Of a DNA stretch of 27,873 nucleotides, positions 1-6,713 are shown piece after piece. A model generated the notes under the pieces. It saw only the letters and a program-made list of their open reading frames with translations. It did not search any database and was not told the DNA's origin. This stretch comes from an uncultured Thermoplasmata archaeon (GTDB lineage Archaea > Thermoplasmatota > Thermoplasmata > Halarchaeoplasmatales > Halarchaeoplasmataceae). Numbering within the stretch: the first letter of the stretch is position 1; every line of letters starts with the position of its first letter. The stretch spans positions 1 through 27,873 of the forward strand of contig CAZPCW010000024.1 in NCBI GenBank assembly GCA_964585175.1, given 5' to 3'. The position numbers were made by a program, and so were the translations under genes.

Positions 1-2
1 AT

Positions 3-500
3 ACAGATGACGAAGAAAACCACTCCTACTCTGAATATCATTTTGAATTGAAGATGGAATCAGAAAACAAAACTACGGTTCTGTGGCCAATTCCTTATGA
101 CCCTTATGAAGAGGGGAGCGATAACACCTCAGAATTAGTGAATGAACTAAACATAAAAGAAGGAAATGGAGAAATTACTATTAATAAAACTAATCATGGC
201 AAGGCTTTAGAGGTTACCTTTAATGATTCAATCATAATTGAGGGGCATAAGAGACTTTACGAGGATACAAACGAGTATGAAGATGAGTGGGATCAATATT
301 TTTTTGAGGAATTAACCATGAAAAATAAAACAGAGAAACAGAAAGATTCCTATTTCGCATATTCTTCTTCAAATAATTTGAAAATAGTCAATTTCAATTG
401 TTACTATGAAAATGTTGGAAAACTTGATGGGGATCGAATTATTGGTAGGAGAATTAGTGATTTGACACTAGAAAAAGGCTGGCAATCCGTAGAGCTGTAA
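3..500 (+). CDS. Cassette protein A1 (5' end off-window); sequon-rich secreted-type paralog of 1261..1905
   Basis: Frame 3 is open from nt 3. The residues before the tracked Met (TDDEENHSYSEYHFELK) align with NTDSEDFHSYTEYHFELE of the 1261..1905 paralog, so the gene starts upstream of the window. Shared motifs: TVLWP-PYD, HG-AL-V-FN, KRLYED, LT-KGWQ. Several N-x-S/T sequons. Confidence 0.7.
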   Translation, partial: TDDEENHSYSEYHFELKMESENKTTVLWPIPYDPYEEGSDNTSELVNELNIKEGNGEITINKTNHGKALEVTFNDSIIIEGHKRLYEDTNEYEDEWDQYFFEELTMKNKTEKQKDSYFAYSSSNNLKIVNFNCYYENVGKLDGDRIIGRRISDLTLEKGWQSVEL

Positions 501-596
501 TTCAAATCCACCTTCGAGTACTTCGCCGATCCGGACCCGTCGGACCCCGATGTAGACTCCGACGACGACGGTCTGAATGATACGGAGGAGTACGAG

Positions 597-1253
597 ATGT
601 CTAACAATCCGGATGATGACTCGGTGGACGGCAGGGCTTTACCCACCAGAAAAGATATATTTGTAGAGGTGGATTATATGGACGGTCACGAGATGAGTGA
701 TGAAGCTAAGTGGAGAGTAGGTACACGCTTCCTGAACAACCCGACCGGTGATGAGATATGGCTGCATCTGGACGATGGTCTCATGGGTGGTGGGGAAGAG
801 ATAGAGCATAGAGATCCCTTGAGTGAAACTGAATTTAAGCAGGACCTTTACAACTCGAATTACAACGGGAACCATGGTTTCACTCAAAGCAGAAAAGGCA
901 AATTCCACTACTGTGTTTTTGCAGATGAGATATGGACAGGTAGATCTGGTATAAATCCTTCCTCTGTTAAAGAAACATTTGTCGTAGCTGACGGGCACAG
1001 TTTGGTTGATGATGTTACCGCACAAGCAGGGACATTCATGCATGAATTAGGTCACTCCCTTGGGCTCACCGGAACACCAGTCGGTAGACCAGGTTATTTC
1101 AAGGGTATAGACGAGGAATATAATCAAGATTATAAGAGTTGTATGAATTATGAATATCAGACCACGCTAATAGATTATTCTGATGGCTCCAATGGTGCTA
1201 AAGATCATGATGACTGGGCAGATGTAATGCAAGTCATGGATATCTGGATTTAG
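597..1253 (+). CDS. Cassette protein B1: HExxH zincin-like putative metalloprotease
   Basis: FMHELGHSLGL (HExxH) followed by SCMNY (possible Met-turn). The N-terminal 65 aa are near-identical to 1971..2615. GGAGGAG lies about 8 nt upstream of the ATG. No signal peptide in the ORF as drawn. Confidence 0.6.
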   Translation: MSNNPDDDSVDGRALPTRKDIFVEVDYMDGHEMSDEAKWRVGTRFLNNPTGDEIWLHLDDGLMGGGEEIEHRDPLSETEFKQDLYNSNYNGNHGFTQSRKGKFHYCVFADEIWTGRSGINPSSVKETFVVADGHSLVDDVTAQAGTFMHELGHSLGLTGTPVGRPGYFKGIDEEYNQDYKSCMNYEYQTTLIDYSDGSNGAKDHDDWADVMQVMDIWI

Positions 1254-1260
1254 TGATAAT

Positions 1261-1905
1261 ATGAACGTGAGTAAAAATTGGTATTTGATAGCAATAATAG
1301 TCATTCTGGTCGTAGCGATTACAGGCGGATATATTTATTTCGATGGCGAAGAAAATACAGATAGTGAAGATTTTCACTCTTACACTGAATATCATTTCGA
1401 ATTAGAAATGGAATCAGACAACCAAACAACTGTGTTATGGCCACTACCTTATGATGCAAAAGACAAATGGGATGAATCTCATGGCAATCTTTCTGAGATA
1501 GTGTATGAGCTTAAAGTCACTGAGGGAGATGGTTCTATCAATGTAAATAGTACTAAACATGGAAGAGCATTAAAAGTTAGCTTTAACGGAACAATCCGAA
1601 TCGAAGGGAATAAAAGGTTATACGAAGATGAATTCGAAGATGAAAAAGAGTATGAAAACAAGAGTCTTAAATACTTATTTGACGATTTAACCATGAGAAA
1701 TAAAACAAAACAGTCTAAAGAATTGTATTTTGTATGTTCTTCTAGTGATGACACTAAAATAGTTTACTTTGATTGTTACTCTAAACATGTAGGAAAATAT
1801 GATTCAAGTGGAACGATAGGGTTGTATATAGAAGAGTTGACATTGAAGAAAGGTTGGCAAACGATGGAGTTATCAGGAAATGCCCCAAATTACGAATCAC
1901 CGTAA
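1261..1905 (+). CDS. Cassette protein A2: N-terminal signal-anchor, sequon-rich extracellular-type protein
   Basis: Hydrophobic N-terminus WYLIAIIVILVVAITGGYIYF. Full-length paralog of A1. At least 7 N-x-S/T sequons. Starts 7 nt after the B1 stop. Confidence 0.7.
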   Translation: MNVSKNWYLIAIIVILVVAITGGYIYFDGEENTDSEDFHSYTEYHFELEMESDNQTTVLWPLPYDAKDKWDESHGNLSEIVYELKVTEGDGSINVNSTKHGRALKVSFNGTIRIEGNKRLYEDEFEDEKEYENKSLKYLFDDLTMRNKTKQSKELYFVCSSSDDTKIVYFDCYSKHVGKYDSSGTIGLYIEELTLKKGWQTMELSGNAPNYESP

Positions 1906-1970
1906 AACTAACAGGTCTAAAAGATAACGACGATTCCGGCGACGGCCTGAATGATACGGAGGAGTACGAG

Positions 1971-2615
1971 ATGTCCAACAATTCCGACACCTATTCCGTG
2001 GACGGCAGAGCAGTACCGACCAGAAAGGATATATTTGTAGAGGTGGATTATATGGACGGTCACGAGATGAGTGATGCGGCGAAGTGGAAAGTAGGCACGA
2101 GATTCCTGAACAACCCGACCGGTGAAGAGATATGGCTGCACATCGACGATGACCTCATGGGTGGCGGTGGGAATATCAATGACCATGAAGATAAGATCGA
2201 TGATGCAGATTGGGGGATAAACAATGGATACTTTGATCACCAAAATCAGAAATTTCACTATTGTCTGTTTGCACATCTAGATAAAGATAATCCTGATTCA
2301 GGATTAGGTACAGCAGATACTCCTGGTGATAAGCTTTGCCTTTTTGATGAAAATATAGAATCAGCGAGTGAGCAAGCGCATGTCTTTATGCATGAATTAG
2401 GACACAATATTATAAGTTTGTATGACCCTCAAAAAAGTTATTCTGAGCATAATCCGGATGCAGATCATTTAATTGATACGGATAGTGATCGGTACTATGA
2501 GCATTGTGATAATGAATGTGTTTTCCAAACAAGATTATCAAGTAGTGAACGAGAAAATATAATGAACTTCTGTGGTGAATGTTGGGATGCAATAAAGTTA
2601 TCTTATTCATTTTGA
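1971..2615 (+). CDS. Cassette protein B2: HExxH zincin-like putative metalloprotease (frame open upstream to TTG 1854)
   Basis: FMHELGHNI, KFHYCLFA and IMNF anchors are shared with B1. The conserved ATG at 1971 (..EEYEMSNN..) has the same GGAGGAG upstream as B1. The tracked ORF begins at a TTG (1854) that overlaps the A2 3' end. Confidence 0.6.
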   Translation: MSNNSDTYSVDGRAVPTRKDIFVEVDYMDGHEMSDAAKWKVGTRFLNNPTGEEIWLHIDDDLMGGGGNINDHEDKIDDADWGINNGYFDHQNQKFHYCLFAHLDKDNPDSGLGTADTPGDKLCLFDENIESASEQAHVFMHELGHNIISLYDPQKSYSEHNPDADHLIDTDSDRYYEHCDNECVFQTRLSSSERENIMNFCGECWDAIKLSYSF

Positions 2616-2628
2616 GAGGTGTAAAATT

Positions 2629-3171
2629 ATGAAGATGGCTAAAATACAGAAAATAAAGGTTCTAGTTTTTTGTCTAATTTTACTTTCTACCTTTGTGTTT
2701 GGCTGTATTGAAGAAGAAAACACCAATGAAAAAGAAGAATATCACAAATATCGTCTCAAGGTAGAAATTGAAAATTTAAAAGAAAAGGGTAATTCAACTT
2801 TAGTAATACCCTTTCCTAAAAAAGATAATAAATTAAATAATAGAATTTTTGAAGATGTTAAAGTGAAAAGCGGTGATTGTGATATCTCTAGTAATATTTC
2901 GAAGTATGGTAAAGGTTTAAGTTTAAAATTTAAGGATGATTTTTCAATGGTATCTGAAGGTGAAATTGATAAAAATATCTGGGATTATCAATTAAGTCTA
3001 AAAAACGAGAGTACATATTGGATATACTCAAGTTCAGATTGCCATTTTAATTTTGAATATGCAAAAGAATCTGACGAAGGAACTTATACAAAACATATAG
3101 ATGAATGTGAAAAAAATTTAACTGAAGGCTGGCAGTTAGTTGAAATCAATAAACAGGTCATAAATGAATAA
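2629..3171 (+). CDS. Cassette protein A3: divergent, AT-rich lipoprotein-type member of the A family
   Basis: Signal peptide with a lipobox-like LSTFVFGC. Distant similarity to A1/A2: Y-YRLKVE near the N-terminus, KYGKGLSLKF vs KHG-AL-V-F, and C-terminal LTEGWQLVE vs LT-KGWQ-VE/ME. Same position in the cassette order. Confidence 0.6.
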   Translation: MKMAKIQKIKVLVFCLILLSTFVFGCIEEENTNEKEEYHKYRLKVEIENLKEKGNSTLVIPFPKKDNKLNNRIFEDVKVKSGDCDISSNISKYGKGLSLKFKDDFSMVSEGEIDKNIWDYQLSLKNESTYWIYSSSDCHFNFEYAKESDEGTYTKHIDECEKNLTEGWQLVEINKQVINE

Positions 3172-3465
3172 TTCGTCGAGCTCGATTAGATGACTGGTCA
3201 CGAGATGAGTGATGCGGCGAAGTGGAAAGTCGGCACGAGATTCCTGAACAACCCGACCGGTGAAGAGATATGGCTGCACATCGATGCCCGTTCCACTCCG
3301 ATGAATCACAGATTCATCTGCATCCTCGGAAATAGCTTTCCTGCGGACGATGGTCTCATGGGTGGCGGTGAATCAATAGAGCATAGAGATCCTTTGAGGT
3401 GCTTTGATTCTCACATTTTTCACAATTTGATGATAAAAAAATGCGAGTTTAAAGAGAAGGGATAA
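3172..3465 (+). pseudogene. B3 remnant: truncated at both ends, mosaic copy of the B gene
   Basis: It starts mid-gene at FVELD*MTGHE (compare IFVEVDYMDGHE) with an in-frame TAG at 3187-3189. Nt 3192-3285 are almost identical to 2057-2148 (B2). A 60-nt in-frame insertion follows, then a B1-like DDGLMGGGESIEHRDPL segment. Homology is then lost and no HExxH remains. Confidence 0.8.
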
Positions 3466-3560
3466 ATGATATATACTCTGTACGCAATTTTACCAATGTG
3501 TACCATGTGTACAATACGACAGCATGTTCGCAATATCCGAAGCTTCGGAGGTGTTTATGA

Positions 3561-4553
3561 ATGAAGTTCAAACCCAGCCCTTTTTACCTATATCCGATCG
3601 AAGAGCCGTATTTGGATAATTTATTCGTCGATAGGGAGGAAGAACTGAAAATAGCTGAGGACCCTTTCACTTCCGAGTATATAGAGCAATCATCTATTTC
3701 CGAAATCTGTGCGGTCATCGGAGATATAGGAAGTGGGAAGTCAAGTCTATTGAACTATATCAGAGCATCTGTGGAGAAGGAAAACTTTGATGTCAGCTAC
3801 CACAACCAGGAGGATGAAACTTTTCCTACCGCCAAAATCTTTGAAGGGGGTAGCGATGTCTATATAATAGACGATGTGGATAAGCTCGATGAAGGGAAAG
3901 CTAGGCAGTTTTACACCACGCTGGAGAAGGCGATAAGTAAATGCAATCTCATATATTTCAGCGAGACTTATAGAAGAGATGAAGATTTGGTCAAGCTGAG
4001 GAACTCAACTGTCTCTGAGAATATAATCCTCCCCAGATTTTTAAAAGAAGAGACTTTAAAGGATATCTTGGAGAAACGGATGAAAAACTGCTTAACCAGC
4101 TCTGAATCGGAGTTCGAATTTCCCTTTTCTGATCAAGCAATCAAGATGGCGTCCATAAGGAGTGGAAACAACTTGAGAAGGTTCTTCAAGTATTGTAAAG
4201 AAGCCTGGAAGATGAGCGAGAATAAAGAACACATCGAAGACGATACCATGAAAAAAGGAATATCCATGATAGATAGAGAACTAATTTCAAGGCTCGACAT
4301 GAACGAAATACAGATCCTTTGGTCAATTACTGAGAGTGCTAAAAACAAGAAATATACCGCCAATCGAACAAATGTCAACAGGAAAACGCTAGACAGGGTG
4401 TTAAGAGAAGGACCATTGAAGAATCTAGTGGAATCTGAGAGAAAGGGCAATCAGGTTATGCTCAAATCAATATATTCAAGATTACCTGAGGGTAAAGAGA
4501 TCCTAAAAGATATCTACGCTAGGATGGGCGTCGATATAGAAAGTCTGTTTTGA
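3561..4553 (+). CDS. Orphan P-loop NTPase (archaeal-ATPase/Orc1-Cdc6-like) with a probable C-terminal winged helix
   Basis: Walker A GDIGSGKSS and Walker B VYIIDDVD. N-terminal FVDREEEL motif typical of the archaeal ATPase / ORC-like families. GGAGGTG lies 7 nt upstream of the ATG. Confidence 0.65.
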   Translation: MKFKPSPFYLYPIEEPYLDNLFVDREEELKIAEDPFTSEYIEQSSISEICAVIGDIGSGKSSLLNYIRASVEKENFDVSYHNQEDETFPTAKIFEGGSDVYIIDDVDKLDEGKARQFYTTLEKAISKCNLIYFSETYRRDEDLVKLRNSTVSENIILPRFLKEETLKDILEKRMKNCLTSSESEFEFPFSDQAIKMASIRSGNNLRRFFKYCKEAWKMSENKEHIEDDTMKKGISMIDRELISRLDMNEIQILWSITESAKNKKYTANRTNVNRKTLDRVLREGPLKNLVESERKGNQVMLKSIYSRLPEGKEILKDIYARMGVDIESLF

Positions 4554-4595
4554 GAAATATTTCCGTTGATCTCTCCCACCTGCATTTGATTTGGA

Positions 4596-4923
4596 TCAAA
4601 TTATAGGCAGAGGGTCTGGTGATTTGACACTAGAAAAAGGCTGGCAATCCGTAGAGCTGTAATTCAAATCCACCTTCGAGTACTTCGCCGACCCGGACCC
4701 GTCGGACCCCGATGTAGACTCCGACGACGACGGCCTGAATGATACGGAGGAGTACGAGATGTCCAACGATCCGGATGATGACTCGGTCAACGGCAGGGCT
4801 TTACCCACCAGAAAAGATATATTTGTAGAAGTGGATTGGATGGACGGTCACGAGATGAAGGACGCTGCTAAATGGAGAGTAGACCCGCCCTTCCTGAAAC
4901 CGGCGATCACATCTATCCCCTAA
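4596..4923 (+). pseudogene. Orphan A-3'end/B-5'end cassette fragment (copy of nt ~434-745)
   Basis: Near-identical at nucleotide level to 457-745. It encodes ..DLTLEKGWQSVEL, TAA (4660-4662), FKSTFEYFADPDPSDPDVDSDDDGLNDTEEYE, then ATG 4759 MSNDPDDDSVNGRALPTRKDIFVEVDWMDGHEMKDAAKWRV. It then diverges and stops at 4921-4923. No protease domain. Confidence 0.85.
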
Positions 4924-5146
4924 AACCGTTTCAAATCCGTGCTATATATAACATATCTAGTACGAGGATCTCCACCAACTAGTAAACCAAAACCACAAGA
5001 TTCTCCAACCCCTACTCACAGATTTAAAACACTATTCTCGGATATATAAAGTCCAAATCCATTCTGTTCCAAATTCGGAAGATAGTTAGTACACTAAATT
5101 AGTGAGATTTATTAGCCCTTTAGTTTCTAATTTGTAGTCAAAAAGT

Positions 5147-5654
5147 TCAATCGAATATCGCCTCAATATCTTTGACTTTAGTGTTGTCTTTCTTTTCGAT
5201 ATCCTCTACAATATTCTTCACCTCATCCTCGTCGATGACTCCCTTTTTAAGACCGATCCTCAGTATGGAATGGAGTGTGAGTGTATTGACCCCTTACTCT
5301 CTAGCAAATTTAAGAGCTAGATTATCTAATGAGGAAAATACGTGATCTCTTTCCATACAGGCGACGAGGGCTTCAATCTCACCTTTATCTAGGTGGATTG
5401 TCCTCTAAGAGGAGCTCTTGATATCTCTTCTGTTCTTCATCGGTAAGAGATATCACATCGATCTCATCGTATATCTTCTCGGGGAAATCGTATCCAAAAT
5501 CTAGAGGCACGCTAAGTTCATCGTATATCTCTTGTGTGATCTTTAGAAGACCTTGAGAAAAGATATTTTTCAATAATGTCAATCTATCGATCTTGGCGAA
5601 TGTGGAGATGATGTCCGTATCGAGGATGATGGTTTTAGTCAAGGAATTTATCAA
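5147..5654 (-). pseudogene. Decayed PIN-domain (DUF3368/VapC-like) toxin gene
   Basis: The tracked 89-aa ORF (IILDTDIISTFAKI..) stops at 5385-5387. The remainder continues in another frame from 5392 (LDKGEIEALVACMERDHVFSSLDNLALKFARE), hits an in-frame TAA at 5294-5296, then reads GVNTLTLHSILRIGLKKGVIDEDEV..AIFD to a stop at 5147-5149. Confidence 0.7.
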
Positions 5655-5940
5655 CCTCTTTATCTAATGTCTCGGTATCTTGTACCTTTATCTCCCTTTT
5701 TATCCCCCGGGAGTTCAGTATGTTTTTAAAACCCTCCTGTGAAACACCGGCGATCTCAGCAGCCCGTCCCAGACTTACCTTACCTTCTTTATACAATCCA
5801 ACGGCCACCTCTATTCGGATTTCAGGTTTTACTTCCAATAACGTTTTGAAAGCCTCATCCATCAGTTTTTCTTTGTTTTCAAAATAGCCGGAGTGAATGA
5901 GACTATCCATCCCTTCCTTAACAACCTTTGATCCAGTCAA
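5635..5940 (-). CDS. UPF0175-family antitoxin-like protein
   Basis: AVGLYKEGKVSLGRAAEIAGVSQEGFKNILNSRGI matches the UPF0175 signature. It overlaps the PIN gene start by 20 nt. The tracked start is TTG, and ATG at 5910 (MDSLIHSGYF) is an alternative start. Confidence 0.75.
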   Translation of the reverse strand: MTGSKVVKEGMDSLIHSGYFENKEKLMDEAFKTLLEVKPEIRIEVAVGLYKEGKVSLGRAAEIAGVSQEGFKNILNSRGIKREIKVQDTETLDKEVDKFLD

Positions 5941-6097
5941 TTCAATCCACTCTATATATAAGATAATCCAATTTATTATTTTAAGGTTTTGCTTTTTTAG
6001 GCTTCATCTAAGGTTATTTATAATCAGACGAAAATCTAATTATAACATTTTGGGATTAAGGCTCATCATGGCAGGGCTTTAAAAGGACCCTTAATGA

Positions 6098-6218
6098 TCA
6101 AACCAAAATTGAAGAGTGTAAGAGACATTACGAGGATACAAATAAGTATAAAAATGAGAGGAATCAATATTTTTTGAGTAATTAACGATGAGAAATAAAA
6201 CAGAGGAACAGAAAGGCA
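6098..6218 (+). pseudogene. Degraded internal fragment of an A-family gene
   Basis: Nucleotide similarity to 231-350 (..aagagac-ttacgaggatacaaa..gatcaatattttttgag-aattaac-atga-aaataaaacagag-aacagaaag), with stops in every frame. Confidence 0.75.
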
Positions 6219-6224
6219 CCTAAT

Positions 6225-6242
6225 TTTTAGGCTCACCTAAAA
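6225..6242. promoter_or_regulatory. Candidate DtxR-family operator overlapping the dtxR-feoB promoter
   Basis: Perfect inverted repeat TTTTAGG-ctca-CCTAAAA. The TTAGG/CCTAA half-sites resemble DtxR/IdeR boxes, although the arm spacing differs. It is followed by the TATA-like TTAAATAA at 6245-6252, about 25 nt upstream of ATG 6276. Confidence 0.45.
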
Positions 6243-6275
6243 CTTAAATAACATCGACATTGTGCATCTATATGT

Positions 6276-6713
6276 ATGAACAAGAACACCCGAGAAGAAT
6301 ATCTTGAAGCTCTCTACAAGTTATCTGCACAAAATGAAAAGGAAGAAGTAAAGACCGGGGAGATAGCGGAAGCGATGGGGGTTGCTCCTCCGAGCGTTAC
6401 TGAAGTTCTAACGGGGTTAGATGAAGACGGTTTTGTAGAATATATTCCTTACAAAGGTGCCAGATTGACTGAAAAAGGAAAAGAAGAAGGAAAGAGGATA
6501 GTCAGGACCCACAGGGTTCTGGAGGTGTTCCTAGTAGAGTACTTTTCTATGGATGGAGAAGCGATCCACGAGAAGGCTTGTGAGATGGAGCATATCTTTG
6601 ACATGGAGATGATAGATACGATGTGTGAAAGGTTAGGAGCTCCAACTCAATGTCCGCACGGCAAGCCCATCCCGTCCTGCAGCGAGACCGAATGTCCAGT
6701 GGAGGATAATTGA
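6276..6713 (+). CDS. DtxR/MntR-family metal-dependent transcriptional regulator (two-domain form)
   Basis: wHTH region plus the metal-binding/dimerisation region: RTHRVLEVFL, ACEMEHIF, CPHGKPIP. Confidence 0.9.
   Translation: MNKNTREEYLEALYKLSAQNEKEEVKTGEIAEAMGVAPPSVTEVLTGLDEDGFVEYIPYKGARLTEKGKEEGKRIVRTHRVLEVFLVEYFSMDGEAIHEKACEMEHIFDMEMIDTMCERLGAPTQCPHGKPIPSCSETECPVEDN

Noticed and set aside
404-646. 80-aa minus-strand ORF, and its twin at 4596..4808 (70 aa), both Ser-rich.
   Set aside because: Both are antisense mirrors of the conserved A-tail/TSP3-repeat module. Their conservation is explained by the plus-strand repeat. They are low-complexity and have no start-signal context.
3286-3345. 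The 60-nt insert in the B3 remnant as an archaeal bulge-helix-bulge intron.
   Set aside because: The only obvious structure is a simple 8-bp hairpin, and I could not draw the 3-4-3 BHB motif at its borders. The host gene is already a truncated pseudogene. It is kept only as an unexplained insertion.
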